Shown in pieces: positions 46,747 to 64,000 of a DNA stretch of 64,000 nt. The notes beneath the pieces were generated by a model. It was not told the DNA's origin. It was given only the letters and a program-made list of their open reading frames with translations, and did no database searches. The DNA is from Chrysomallon squamiferum (taxonomy: Eukaryota > Animalia > Mollusca). A program made the translations under genes and the position numbers. Each line of letters begins with the position of its first letter. Position 1 is the stretch's first letter. The stretch is taken from contig CM022667.1 of the NCBI GenBank assembly GCA_012295275.1, forward strand, positions 7,564,001 through 7,628,000. Direction: 5' to 3'.

Positions 46747-47979
46747 GAATTTGTTGAAACCAAACTGAATGATTATTTTAAATAATGACAACAGCATTGT
46801 AAAAATAAAAGGTCATTTATGACTGTTATGTCGTTTTTATTTTGTTACTGTTGTTGATATGTTATATCTCTACTGTAGTAAATGTGAAAATATTTAATTA
46901 ATTTTTTATATGTTCTATGAGAATCTACTAAATGAATGCTAGACTTCAAAAAGGCTTTGAATGAGAGGAAAAGTGAATGAAAATGAAAATGATATTGTTA
47001 TATTACAGTGTGGGGAATATTTGGGAATTATTAACGTATTTTATGAACGTCAGGCAATACAAAAAAAATCTCAATAACTTGGCTAGTTATTGTTTGTGGT
47101 TTTAAGTGTGATGTTGATCTTGCAGACAATGTTCATCTTACATTCTAACTTTTTCTATGAGTTAACAGTATTATATCTTTATTAGAAATAAACATCAAAT
47201 ACGACTAACGAAATGAAGGACATGTCGACATCCTAATGTGTCAACAAGAGCATTAAAATAAACAAACAAACAAACAAACAAAATAATAATAATAATAACA
47301 CTTGATCACAAAACATGTGTGTCTGTCTATCTATCAATCTATCTATCTCTCTATCTATCTTTCTATCTAGCTATCTAACTACATATTATGCTTTAAAAAC
47401 AAATGATCATTTACATCTTATTAACTAAATATATACCAGCAATATTATTTGTTTGTTTGTTTGTTTGTTTGTTTATTTATTTATTTATTAGTTTGTCTTT
47501 TTTCTTTGTTTTGCTATCATTATTTTCTTTACTTCTTCCTTACTTCTTATTTTTTCTTCTTTGTTTTTTTTGTTTGTTTTTTCTTGTTTTTTAAATTTTA
47601 TTTCGTTCCTCAGTCTTTTCTTTTTTGCACTTTCTATTAAATTTAAAAAAATAAAAATACAGATTATATATATATATATAATTTATCTGTTTTCTTTCGT
47701 TCAACTGTAAATGTTCTGATTTAATCGATTGGCAAACTCGATTCTAGGATTCTTTTTTTATCGAAAAAAATATTTATCTCTATCAGCTTTTAAAACATTT
47801 TACTAACAATGCAGTTTCGGACTTCAAGCATGATGCCCGCTAGTATCTTCATTCACATTCTTTTATATCAGTGATTTTCTGATTTGCTGGTGTCATATAC
47901 ACATAAAAAGAAAAAAAAAAAAAAGAAGAAGAGAAAAAGAAAAGGAAAGGAAAGAAAAAAAAACATACAATAGAATATA

Positions 47980-48359
47980 AATCACGTGATTCGGGTCAAA
48001 GTAATCCAGAACCATCGCTTGACATAATATTTTGACTGTTGTTTGTTAAATATTTGGAGAGGTGTGCAGTTTTGACATATTTAATATTATTTAATGGATT
48101 TTTCCCATCTGGTGATTTAACAACAGGTAAAAACAAATTAAAATATTTCGACTGATTTTAATTTATTATTTAAATTTATTAAAATAAATAATATATTTAT
48201 TATATCTCAAAACACATTTGCACAGGTAGATGTCATTAAGAAAAAGAAAACAAACGTTCCCTAAAGGAAAGTGAATTATTATTACTCTATTTTACTGATT
48301 AAAATCTAGTTTACTGTTTTTTTCATTATGCATTTTTATTATTTTTTACTGGGATCAAC
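47980..48359 (-). repeat. Repeat Y, inverted copy downstream of gene B
   Basis: Reverse complement of 41450-41750 and 52790-53120, including GGATTTTTCCC at 48096-48106. Confidence 0.85.
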
Positions 48360-48526
48360 GATTTCAACGACTACATCACTGATACACGTGTGGACGATGA
48401 CGCCAGATTTCAGCTACAACTCTGGAACCAGTAGAACAACAGTTTTGAAGAGTTCACCACAAGTTGAAGAACCGGATGCGAAAAGCGCATCCCAGCCTGT
48501 TTGAGTTCGTCACACACGTAAAGAAA
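48360..48526 (+). mobile_element. Degenerate Mutator-like (MULE) transposase fragment
   Basis: Translates as DFNDYITDTRVDDDARFQLQLWNQ* ... HHKLKNRMRKAHPSLFEFVTHVKK, with a stop and a frameshift; resembles the WN...TNN..E.FH region of animal MULE transposases. Confidence 0.6.
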
Positions 48527-48689
48527 GTCCTGCTACAGACCGTGCAAGAACAGTTCAAGTGAACCTTGCAGGAATCCACCAAACACAGGACATATTGAGT
48601 TGCTCATAAGGGGTCGCGGTATGAAAACGGTTGAAAACCAGCGGCCTACATCATCTAAGAACTGAAGGGGATCTTGACTCCCTCTGCAA

Positions 48690-48896
48690 TTGATGCAGAT
48701 TGTTGTTAGTGCTTGGCCCATTGGTCTCCTGGTGGTTCCAGAGCGTCAGGGGGAAGCGAGCATCATCAGCAATCAAGTTGACGACCACGTAGTCACTGAA
48801 CTCTTGAGCACGAAGAACATTTGGTGTCGAGTCTGTGGCTTCAACCCACGCATCCTGAATTTTGTCTTGTAGTAGCAGAGCTAGTGCGGCAGCCAT
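48690..48896 (-). mobile_element. Second MULE transposase fragment, opposite orientation
   Basis: AAALALLLQDKIQDAWVEATDSTPNVLRAQEFSDYVVVNLIADDARFPLTLWNHQETNGPSTNNNL; covers the same protein region as the + strand fragment. Confidence 0.65.
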
Positions 48897-49618
48897 GTTT
48901 ATCCACTCTCAAAACATGTATCCTTCAAGGTCCTTCTCCTATTTAAGAGCAATACCTCCATATAACTGGAGTAACAGCAGTTAAAGAAAATCGGCTGATA
49001 ACTGAACAGTTTAACTACAGTCTGTCAGTGTCACACATAATTGTGAAATATAAGAAAAAGAAAAGTACGTGAAAAGGTACAAGACGAAAAAAAAAGTAAG
49101 AGAAAAGTGAAGAGAGTGGAAAGATGAAGTGTAAAGATAGGACAGAGAAAACAAAGAAACAGAGAAACACAAAGCGACAGAGAGATGAAACTAAATTAAG
49201 AGAATGCAATATTATTAAATAATATCACTACAAAAGCTTCGACAGACTGAGACAATTCTATCCTTTAAAACACAAACAGATCAAAAACATTCAGCTGAGA
49301 TGCATCCGCATATATATATATATATATATATATAGGCAGACAGACAGACAGATAGACAGATAGATAGATGGATAGATATGAAGACTTTAATTCCAAAACG
49401 CGATAAACACCAACATCTGAATTTAAAAAAAAACGCCACCAAATGTCAGCATTTGACGGTTGTTCTAAGCCCCTTAATCATTTTCCTCAAAATTCTATAT
49501 GCTGATCTACGCAGTAGACTATAGACCTTCGCTTCATAACGTGATAAACTCAAGAGCAGTATTCGAAATTTTTCTCAAAGCAAGGAAAATGGATTTATAG
49601 CGTTTTTGAACCAAACTC

Positions 49619-49693
<75 letters not shown>

Positions 49694-51682
49694 ATGGAAA
49701 TTTACGAGATAGTTGTCAGTTTAGGTCTAAACTCTGTACTAGTGTAGATTCTTAGAGGTATTTTAGCTAGTTTGTCAAGTTTGTCAACTTTCTTGCAATT
49801 AAGTTTTGTTTTTATTATTATTATTATTTTTTAATAATCATATACTACCCTGCACTCATGAATAACATGTATACATATTTTAAGTTACATTATCAACAAC
49901 AACAACAAACAAATCTTCGGACATGTTTGACTGACTAATGACGTAACGGTACATGCTGACAGCTTGGTGCAAGGCAGGACGTCGCTACTTGTCTTCTTAA
50001 AAAGCGTGCGTCGCGCTCGGAAAGAGATAAATCTTATACCTGAACTCAGTCTGTATAAATGTTTTGCATTTGAACTTGAAAATAATTAACGTGCTAATCA
50101 GAGCAAAGTGATGTGAAGCACGTCATTTTGCATTTGTGATAGGGAAGTTATCTAGTTTACATTGTAATCATTGGGAGGTGGTGTTGTCATCTTGATCTAA
50201 AACTTTGTCTTTATTATTATCAAAGATTGACTTCAAAATACAGTTAAATCAGGCTTATATAAACTAATTAAAACCATTGACACAGCAAACAATTATAAAT
50301 AAACCACCATTGATTTTAATTTTAAATCAGATTATTTTCAATCAAGTAATTACAAACAGTAAATTTAATTAATTATTTTTTTTTTTCTGATTTTTGTTGT
50401 GTAAGTATTGAAATGTTCAAATTTTATTAGTGAATGACATATCTGTTGTCATGGTTACTTTGGACATCTGCACGTGCAGTCTTGTGGTAGGCTCGCCTTC
50501 TTTCCAGTGACCACATGGTTTTTCACAGAAAGCTTTCACCCAGAACGTCACGTAACCAGTGGGTTGGCAGACCGCTTTTTCTATTTGACTGATTCCATTG
50601 CAACATGGACAGAACTGTGAGCAGTCTTCATATCTGAAAATAATTTTCAGTATACATATTTAGTATTATGCAAGGATTACTCTCAAAATGGATCAGGAAA
50701 CATGAAAACAGATACATCGATGTTTTTTATAAATGAATTGTTGGCTTTGACGATAGAGAGAATGAGAGAGAGGGACATACAAAAGACAGATAAGAATAAA
50801 GAGAAGTAGGAGGAGAAATAATACAATTAAAAAGGAACTGATTTGCTGGACTAAAAATCCACGTTTTAAATTAGTTACAGACATCTCAAGGATCTAATAT
50901 TAATGTCTAGCACTTGCAAAAGCCATAACAGAAATCTCCTAGATCAGTCTCCTCGTATGGACACAAGGTTTTCAGAGTTAACAGACTAGCTACAATTTAA
51001 ATAATATGATTCAAATTTCAAATATCACACATTCATATGCGCAGACACACAGTAATAGTACAATTACCATCACCGCCACCCGAAACAACAACAGCAACAA
51101 GAACACTACCAATAATAATACTTGTAGTAGTAGCAGTAGTAGAATTTAGTGATGTAGTGAAAAACATCTTCCACAGTGAACTCCATAACCTACAGCAACA
51201 ACAACAACAACAGCAACAAGAACAATACCAATAATAATACATGTAGCAGTGGTAGTAGTAGCAGTAGTGGAATTTAGTGATGTAGTGAAAAACACCTTCC
51301 ACAGTCAACTCCATAACCTACAGCAACAAAAACAACAACAGCAATAATAATAATAATAATAATGACAACAATAACAATAATATTTTTTTTTGGTAATGAT
51401 AATAGTAGTAGAAGTAATTGTATTAGTAGTATGAAAGGTAAATCTTGTAACAACAGTAAAAATTAATAATATAGTTTAAACGTGTCTCATTTGAACGAAA
51501 TGATATGACAGAAAGAAAGAGGGAAAAATGAAATGAATGAATGAATGAATAAATAAATAAGGTTGTGTAGGAAAAAAAACCCTGGAAAGAAGACAAACAT
51601 AAATAGAAACCAACCAACCAACCAACCAAACAAACAAACAAACAAACAAACAAAAAGTTATTAAAGCAACAGCCATAAACAA

Positions 51683-51724
<42 letters not shown>

Positions 51725-52689
51725 AATAAATAAATAAATATATAAATTCACACACACACAATCACACAAATGCATTCACGCAAAAAGACACACGTTTACA
51801 AATTCACATATTCACTCACACATACACCTACAGATGCATTCACACACAAACAGATACACATTCATACATACAACTGTATTTATTCATGCACAAATACACA
51901 CACATTCACATGTACACTTATTCACGCATTCACACACATTGAAACACATACACGCACACATTCACACATATATACACAAATCAACATGCGCATTCACATT
52001 CACATTTTCACACACAAACACACACACACAGACACACACCTATACACGCACTCACACACAAACACACACATACATATGCATGCGTACATAAGCATTCACA
52101 CACACATATATATATACCCACACATTTACAGTCATACCCATAAGCGCTCATTTACACTCAAAAGCACACATACAAACACACACACGTACACACACTCACA
52201 CAAACACGTTCGCATCCACGCACAAACACACAAATTCACACATACAAACACGAACAAACGCCCTTACACACACAGTCACAATATTACAGACAAAATCACA
52301 GAATATTAAAAGATACATTTAATTAAATATTTCCACATTTACTACTCTAGAGGTATCACACACACTAATAACAGTAACAAAAAAAACAACAAAAATACAA
52401 CACAAAAAACAAGCAACAACAACAACAAACAAACAACAAAAAACAAAATAGGACCAATAATATTAAGAGATAGCATATATACAAAATGATGATATTAGGA
52501 TATAGTTTATGATAAAAATGATGATATTAAGATATAGTAACTGATAGAAAGTGATGGTATTAAAAGATACAAAAACGATGATATTAAGATATAGTATATG
52601 ATACAAAATGATGATTTTAAGATAGAGTAACTGATATAATATTATATTATTTTAATTTAGTTCTCGAAATCTCTCAAACTCAGTGAAGA

Positions 52690-53120
52690 TTTGTGTGTGT
52701 CATTTTAACTATATTTATACAAACTATTAGAAATCGTATACCCCAGTGAAAAAAAAAATAATATGTACTAAAGAAAACATTAAACTAGATTTTATCACTA
52801 AAAAAGAGTAATAATCATTTATTTCCTTTTGGTTACGTTTCTTTTCTTCTGTGAAAATACAGCCACCGATGAAATAGTGTTTTGATGATATAAAAAATAT
52901 ATTATTGTGAATTTATTTTATTAAATTTAAATAATGAATTAAAATCAGCTGAAGTATTTTAATTTGTTTTCGCCTGTTGTTAAATCATCTGCTGGGAAAA
53001 ATCCATTAAATAATATTAAATATGTCACAACTCCACAAGTCTCCAAGTGTTTCACAAACAACACTCAAAATATCTTGTCAAGCCATCACTCTGCGTTACC
53101 TTGACCCGAATCACGTGATC
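52690..53120 (+). repeat. Repeat Y, copy upstream of gene C
   Basis: Near-identical core to 41540-41750; GGGAAAAATCC at 52994-53004. Confidence 0.88.
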
Positions 53121-53571
53121 TGTATTATATCGTTCAGTAAGTTTCAATCACGTAATTAGAAATAGTAAATTTAATTCACTATATAATACATTTTTTTCTT
53201 TTCTTTCTTTCTTACTTCATTTCTTTTTTTTTTTTTTTTTTTTTTTACTGATTTACGCAGTGCAAGTCTTCAAATATTCAATTTTTTATTAATGAATGAC
53301 GTATCTGTGGTCATGGTTACTCTGGACATCAGCACGTGCAGTGTTATGGTAGGCTCAAGTGGTTGTAACTCTTGCCTTCTTTCCAGTGATCACATGGTTT
53401 TTCACAGTAAGCTTTAACTCAGAACGTCACGTGACCACTTTGGTTGGCATTCTGATATCTTAAAATAATTTTCACTTTACATATTTAGTAGTTATATTTA
53501 CAAGGATTGTTCTCAAAATGGATCACGAAACAAAGAAACAAATACATCGATGTTTTATAAATGAAAGAGAG

Positions 53572-53665
<94 letters not shown>

Positions 53666-54472
53666 TCTGCGTGACTAAAATCCACATCTATTAATTTAGA
53701 TCACTTACAGACATTTCACAGATCTAATTTTAATGTCAGAATCTATAATTTTACAGCCGCCATCACAGAAATCTTCAACATGAATCTCCTCGTATGGACA
53801 CGGCTCACACGTGGTTTGTCGACTTACAAATGGAAAATCATCTTGCTTGTTACAACTTACATATTATGATTCAAAATATTAGTGAAGTTAATAAAGAAAG
53901 AAGAAAAGAAAAGAATTAAGTTGTGTAGGAAATAATTTGTTAATATAAAAGTATTTTTACCTGATTCCCCAAACAACAGTGACAGAGAAAAAAAACAATT
54001 ATCAGTGATTTCTGAAAGAGAAAGTAATATTTTAAAATTGTGTGTGTGTTTGTGTTTATATGTTTGTATATATTATCAGATGATTGATTTATTTATTAAC
54101 ATACTGGCTTATCAATAATTTATTTATTCACTTATTTATTTACTTACTTATTTACTTACCTATTTATTTATTTTCTTACTTACTGATTTATTTATTTATC
54201 AATTCATTCATTCATTCCTCAACAGCAACATCATAACAACTGTAACTAATCATCATCATCATCATCATCATTAACAAAATCATTATATATATATAAACAA
54301 AATAGTTCTTAACAACAAAGCATTCTTTTTCTTCAAAGAAAATCAAACTGGGCAATAAATAAACGTTAAAGAAATAACTAGTAATTTCGGAAAGTAAATA
54401 AGCAAAACTAAAGAACTTTATCTAGTTTTATCATATTTCACAATAATGTCTTAACTGACAATCTGTCCATCT

Positions 54473-54528
<56 letters not shown>

Positions 54529-55130
54529 GATATCTTTCGTTACCATTTTCCCCAGAAAGCTTTTACAGACGCTAATTTGAAAACAGTTGTCAAATATCTC
54601 TTCCCCAAATTTGAAAAACGCTTCTCCTATTTTCAGCAAACACTAAAAGCTGAGATATTGAGAAGTGTTATATAGCTGAACATCGTACAGAAAACAACCA
54701 TTGATGTTTTTTTGTTGTTGTTGTTTTGTTTCAGTTTAATGTATTTGTTTAAATGTTCGCTTCTGACTTTAAACTTACACATTTGATCACGTGACATATT
54801 TCAAGAAGCTGTCTATGAAGAAATGAGTCTCAACATTTACATATATTTACCTGCTCACGTCTGCTCACTTTTCTTTTCCTATTATTATTATTCAATCATC
54901 TTGAGTACATTTATTATAGTAGTTGTTGCAGTTTTTTTCTTCTTATTATTATTATCATTATCATTATTGTTGTTGTTATTGTTAATATTGTTATTGTTAT
55001 TGTTATTGTTGTTGTTGATGTTGTTGTTGCTGTTGTTTTAAGTTGTGTCTAAGTTCACACTGACACATTCTGTCACAATATTACAGATTGGTAAACGAAA
55101 AGAAACAAACAACAATGCATTTATGCCACT

Positions 55131-55237
<107 letters not shown>

Positions 55238-55549
55238 TGTAGGAGGACTGATCTGTGACTAAAATGAACATATAATTTAAATCACTTACACGTGGTTTGT
55301 CGACTTACAAACGGAAAATCATCTTGCTTGTTACAGTTTAAATAAAATGATTAACATTTTTAATATCATTCATTCACATGCGCATGCATACAGTACTACT
55401 AGAAACACTACCATTACCATCATCACCAGCAGCAGCAACAACAACTGTTGTAATCGTTAAGAAATAAATAAAGAAGGAATGAAAGAAGTAAAGTGAAATA
55501 AATAAATAAATAAATAAACAAACATGTCAATAAATCAATAAAAGTGAAG

Positions 55550-55580
<31 letters not shown>

Positions 55581-55628
55581 ACAAACAAGTCAATAAATAA
55601 ATAAAAGTGAAGTAAATAAATAATAAAA

Positions 55629-55659
<31 letters not shown>

Positions 55660-56535
55660 ATACTAAAATAAATAAATAAATAAATAAATAAAGAAAGAAA
55701 GAAAGAAAGAAAGAAAAGAACTAAGTGGTGTAGGAAATGATTTGTTAATTACAAAGTATTTTTTACCGGAATCCATACACAACAGTGACTAAAACAGTGA
55801 GTTCGGAAACAGAAAGAAAACTAAATGTAATGTTTATATATATATATATATACATATACATACATAATCAGATAATTTACTTATTTATTAACTTTCTTGC
55901 TTATTTATTTGTTTATTTACTTACTGATTCATTCATTCATTCATTCATTCATCTCATCACAACGGTAGCAACAGTTGGAAAATCCTCAACAACATCACAA
56001 CAACTGTAACATCGTGATTAACAAAATTGTTAGCAACGACAACGACCATATTTCTGTTAACAATTTAATAATCTTTCTTAATAAATATTTTACATATTGT
56101 TTATTGTCGTAAGATATGTTTATAATAATAATAAAATAATAATAATAATAATAATAAATAATATATATATTTATTTTCTTAACTTACAATCTACACATAC
56201 ACACACACACACACTTTTTCTTATCATTTTCCCCAGCAACCTTTTACAGATGATAACAGTTGCCAGATATCTGAAAGATGTGTTATATAGCTGACTATCG
56301 TACAGAAAACCAGTGATTTTTTTTTGTTGTTCTTGTTTTTTCTTTTTCAGTTGATTGTATTTCTTTAAATTTTCACTTCTGACATTAAGAATCAAATTTT
56401 TCTTAAGCTTACAGATTTGATCACGTGACATATTTCAAGAGGATGTCTATGAAGAAATGAGTCACAACATTTACATATATTTACCTGTTTTCTTTTCCTG
56501 TTTTTTAAAAAAAAATTTTTTGTTTTCCAGTGTGT

Positions 56536-56635
56536 CTGATTGGTCGACACTAACCGGATACAGTTTGAAATTGTCATTGGACAAGAGGGCGCTGAGACTG
56601 CTATAAAAATACAAGATGCTGGTACGAGTAGTCAA
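56536..56635 (+). promoter_or_regulatory. Core promoter of gene C
   Basis: ATTGG at 56539 and 56576, TATAAAA at 56602-56608; near-identical to the gene B promoter. Confidence 0.7.
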
Positions 56636-56695
56636 TACACCGCACACCCCGTTCAAGATTTTCCAGATATTCGCTTGTTCTGTGTATCTGCGACA

Positions 56696-59209
<2,514 letters not shown>

Positions 59210-60478
59210 TGATTATTTTAAATAATGACAAAATGCATTGTAAAAATATAATGCTATTGATTTTAATAACTGAAATATCATGGTTTTTTTAAATAAATTT
59301 TTAAAAATGTATTAATTAATTAATTAATTATTATTATTATTATTATTATTATTATTTATTAGTTACTCTTGTTAGTGTGTTATAGCTGTAGTGTAATAAA
59401 TGTTGAAATCTTTAATTAAATATATGTTTTCAATATTCTATGAGAAATTTCGCCAGTGTGTGATATTGTGAGTCAATGTATACAGCACGTTTTTCGTGTT
59501 TGTGTTTGCTAATGTGTGTGTGAAGTATTTCAGGTTTTTCAGTGTCACAGAAAAACAAAATGTCAAAAACGTGGTGTATACAACTACAACAGCGACATTA
59601 TTACTGAAAAACATTCATCTTTACTTTTTGTATTGAGTATGTCTATGAAGGAAATATTCCATTTTGTTAAAAACTAGACATGTTTTATATGATTATATTT
59701 AATTTAAATGTGCTGAGAGTAAGACAATATAAGAATGTTAGATCTTGAAAAGAATTTGTATTACAGGAAAAGTAAAGTGAACAGAACGGAAATGAAAGTT
59801 TAAGATATGAATTGCTGCATTACAGTCTGGGGAATATGCTGAGAATTCTTTAACGTATTTGATGAATGTCAGACAAAGCAAAAAATCTGAATAACTTCGC
59901 TAGTTACTGTTTGTGGTTTTAAGTGTGACGTTGATCTTGAAGACATTGTTCATTTTATATTTTACCTTTGTGTTAAGAGTTAACAGTATTATATTTTTCT
60001 TAGAAATAAACATCAAATACGACTAGCGAAATGAAGGACATGTCGATATCTTAATCTGTCAACAAGAGCATTAAAATAAACAAACTAACAAACAAACAAC
60101 ATATAAATTAATAAATAAATAAATAAATAAATTAATAAATAAAATAAATAAATAGACGTGGAAAGGAACAAATAATAATAATGATAAAAATACTACTACT
60201 ACTAATAATAAATTTCGTTTTACAGGGTAGATCGTAAAACATTCTTGCCTTTCTATGAGATTAAAATAATTTCCAGATTCATTTAATCAATTAATTTCCA
60301 AACGACGATTTAAAATTCTATTTTAATTTTTAAATGCCGAGAAGAGTTTGTGTTTGTAGTTATGTTTCTCTGTCACTGGTTTGGGAGTGTTTGAACGCGG
60401 CAGACTAGTACGAGGGAGTTCACTCAAAATTTAAAAATTACTGAATTTCATTTTTAAATATATAATTTGAAGCAGGAC

Positions 60479-60522
<44 letters not shown>

Positions 60523-62094
60523 ATAATAATAATAAATAAATTAAATTAAATTAACACTTTGAATTTTTTAAATTGGTTAGTTAGTTTATGAGCTACTTCA
60601 AATCAAAGATGCTAAAGTGTTCGACTTTTTTAGAAAAAGTGATCCATTAATTACGTTACACCAGAAACGTGGCACCAGAAATAACTTTTTGCTGTTCTTG
60701 TACATTTAAGTTTCTAGTTTCAACAATTTTTATCCAATTGTTGTCAAATTTTGCATACTATTAAAACAGACACTATGAAAGTTAACTATCAACATTTTAT
60801 TATCCGATGTAATGACCTCGACCTTATTCGCATATAATAAAGACACGCTCGCACCCATCTCTCAACACAGAAAGTGAAAATAATGTATTGCTTTCTTAAC
60901 ATTTGAAAACAAATTTATATATAGTTGATCCCCACTTGATAAAGATAAATAATTATGTATTATATAGAGTATATTTGATTTTAATAATAAAAAGCGTAAT
61001 AATGTAAAACCAATAGACGAATGAATTGTTTCTAGTCCCCACAAATACAATGCAACTAACAACCCATCACCCTAACAAATATGGAATAAATTTGCCAGTC
61101 ATTTTGAAAGAGAGCAGCGGAGCAGTTAATATTTTCATAAATTACGCTATTTTAATTTTTTATTAAATATCAAAAAATTATTATTACATAAAATAAATAG
61201 CATTAAACAAAATTAGATTTTGCATTTGCAAGTCAGTGATTACTTAATGGCAACTAATCGTCTTCTGAATTATACAAGCTATTTTCAATACTGCAGACGA
61301 AAAATCCGCCAGTTTAATATTTGATCGCCATGGGTTCTGTATATCAGTTCAAAAACTTTACAAGTACTACTTCAGCCCAACATTATTTTGATCTAGAACT
61401 ATGTTCAGAATTTATTTATTTACATAATAGGAACAGTGATATCAATTTAATTGCTTTTTATTCCAGGTAATTTCATTTTGTCTTCTTTCTTCTTAAGAAT
61501 AACTCTGACGTTGTTTTCACTGCGATCACGTAATGCAGACATGATTTTCTTTCAAAACGAATGCTCATTGGTTTATTTGTATGGTTGTTGAAGTGAACGG
61601 GTATTTGGCCGCACAAAAAATAGAAACGCGTGTATCGATTAACTCACTGTTTTATTTGTTTTATATATCTAAAACACAGGATTAATAACATAACATAATT
61701 TCTATAATATATTTTAATGAACACTTTAGTTAATATCTGTAAATAATATTAAAGCTCAGTATGTACAGTTTGAACTGAAAATGATGAGCTGTCATCGGTA
61801 AAACAAAGGAATTCGCGTAACGTCATCTGGGTTTAGCGAACTCCCTACTAGTACTGATTCGAAGATAATGTGTGTTACGTCACAATTAGAAATAAAACAT
61901 GATTCGCTTGCTCTTTGTTTCGTCACAGTAAACGTCATTTCCGGGGTTTGAACGTAGTACTTATGTGTCTGAACGTAATAACTTAGCTAATATGATACAC
62001 AAAAAAAAAAAAAAATTAAATAAAATAAGTAGAATATGATAAAAAAAAAAAAAAAAAATTAAAAGAACAAACAAACGTACGATGTAATGTAAAT

Positions 62095-62498
62095 CACGTA
62101 ATATTTTGACTGTTGTTTGTTAAATATTTGGAGATGTGTGGAGTTGTGACATATTTAATATTATTTAATGGATTTTTCCCAGTAGGTGATTTAACAACAG
62201 GCAAAAACAAATTAAAATACTTCGACTGATTTTTGTATCTTCAAAGGACAGTTTTAGATGTAATTATTTAAATTATTATTAACTCGTTTTTAAAAGATAA
62301 AATAAAATTTTTTTTTTTCTTCATTATGCAATATTTGTTTTACTGGCATCAACGTTTTCTAATATTTTGTGTAAACATAGTACATTAAAATGAATCACAT
62401 TCAAAAATCTTCAATGAGTCTGTTAATGTGCACGTGCAGTAAAATACAGCAGCTGAAGAAAATCAGCAGATAACTGAATATTAGAAAAAACAGTTTAA
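62095..62498 (-). repeat. Repeat Y, inverted copy downstream of gene C
   Basis: Reverse complement of 41279-41745, e.g. TGAATATTAGAAAAAACAGTTT and GGATTTTTCCC at 62170-62180. Confidence 0.85.
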
Positions 62499-62655
62499 CT
62501 ACACAGTCTGTCAGTGTCTCACAGTTTTTACATGTAAGAAAAAGAAAAGTACGTGAAAAGACGAAAGATATAAAGTAAGAGAGAAGAGGAGAAAGATACA
62601 GTGTAAAGATTGGTACAGAGAAAACAGAAACAGAAACCGAGAGACAGAGAAAAAT

Positions 62656-62727
<72 letters not shown>

Positions 62728-62887
62728 AGACGGGGAGAGAGCGAGAGAGACAGATAAGGGTATTTCTAAAACTAAATTAAAAGAATGTAATATTATTAAA
62801 TACAATCACTAAAAAAGCTTCGATAAACTGAGAAAATTCTATTCTTTGACGTTGAAGTACAAACAAGATTAAAAACATTCAGCTTGG

Positions 62888-62937
<50 letters not shown>

Positions 62938-63282
62938 CGCAAATGAAAATTTACGAGATAGACGGCGCTCCTGATTTTAGTTTCCAGTTTATGTCTAAAA
63001 TCTGTACTAGTTTGCTTCATTAGCTAGTTTATTAAGTTTGTCAAGTTTCCAGCAATTAATTTTGTATTTTTATTTTTTTTTATATTTATAATCACACCTG
63101 CATATATTTCCAAGAACTCATGAACAACACAAATAATAATATTAAAGTGCGTTATCAACAACAACAAACAAACAAACAAGAAATTCAGTGTCTACAGATT
63201 AGCGTGTACAGGAAAGTCAGAAGACTGCAGTGTTAATAACATGTTTTAAAAGCTGATGTAGATGTATTTAGTAAACATGTTG

Positions 63283-64000
63283 TAGTCTGATTATTTCTGA
63301 TAGTATCAGACTAACATATTAATAATGGTTTAAACACTCGTGTATATAGCCTGATTATTTTGTGATATATCAGGCTAACACTATTAATAATGGTTTAAAC
63401 ACTCGTGTATATAGCCTGATTATTTCTGATAATATCAGGCTAACACTATTAATAATGGTTTAAACACTAGTGTATATAGCCTGATTATTTCTGATAATAT
63501 CAGGCTAACACTATTAATAATGGTTTAAACACTAGTGTATATAGCCTGATTATTTCTGATAGTATCAGACTAACATATTAATAACGGTTTAAACACTCGT
63601 ATATATAGCCTGATTACTTCTGATAATATCAGGCTAACACTATTACTAATGGTTTAAACACTAGTGTATATAGTCTGATTATTTCTGATAATATCAGGCT
63701 AACACTATTAATAATGGTTTAAACACTAGTGTATATAGTCTGATTATTTCTGATAGTATGCGACTAACATATTAATAACGGTTTAAACACTCGTATATAT
63801 AGCCTGATTACTTCTGATAATATCAGGCTAACACTATTACTAATGGTTTAAACACTAGTGTATATAGCCTGATTATTTCTGATAATATCAGGCTAACACT
63901 ATTAATAATGGTTTAAACACTCGTGTATATAGTGTGATTATTTCTGGTAATATCAGGCTAACACTATTAATAATGGTTTAAACACTAGTATATAACACTA
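63283..64000. repeat. ~65-bp palindrome-rich tandem repeat, ~11 copies, running off the window end
   Basis: Unit TAGCCTGATTATTTCTGATAATATCAGGCTAACACTATTAATAATGGTTTAAACACTAGTGTATA; unit starts at 63412, 63477, 63542. Confidence 0.95.

Overview
AT-rich, microsatellite-rich, intron-containing animal DNA, probably a protostome/lophotrochozoan invertebrate (inferred from gene families and composition; species not identifiable). Left half (1-36 kb): a single-coding-exon rhodopsin-class peptide-receptor-like GPCR (+, 210-1409); a multi-exon RECQL4 helicase (-, 28487 down to 13745), whose C-terminal exons were not found in the window, so the GPCR may be nested antisense in a >13 kb RECQL4 intron; and a 7-exon GMP reductase (+, 29630-33015, one apparent +1 indel) head-to-head with RECQL4. 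Right half (36-64 kb) is CpG-retaining and built of duplicated blocks. It holds a tandem family of three 4-exon genes, which the ORF track shows only as fragments. They encode ~150-aa secreted precursors: signal peptide, short pro-region and a 13-cysteine domain ending FPQDCKC that resembles a Spaetzle/neurotrophin-type cystine knot. Copies B and C are almost identical in promoter, first two introns and signal peptide, while their mature domains differ almost only by amino-acid-changing substitutions, a toxin/immune-effector-like pattern. Each is flanked by inverted repeats carrying a kappaB-like motif and has a 33-bp minisatellite in intron 3. All gene models were read by eye; no database searches were run.
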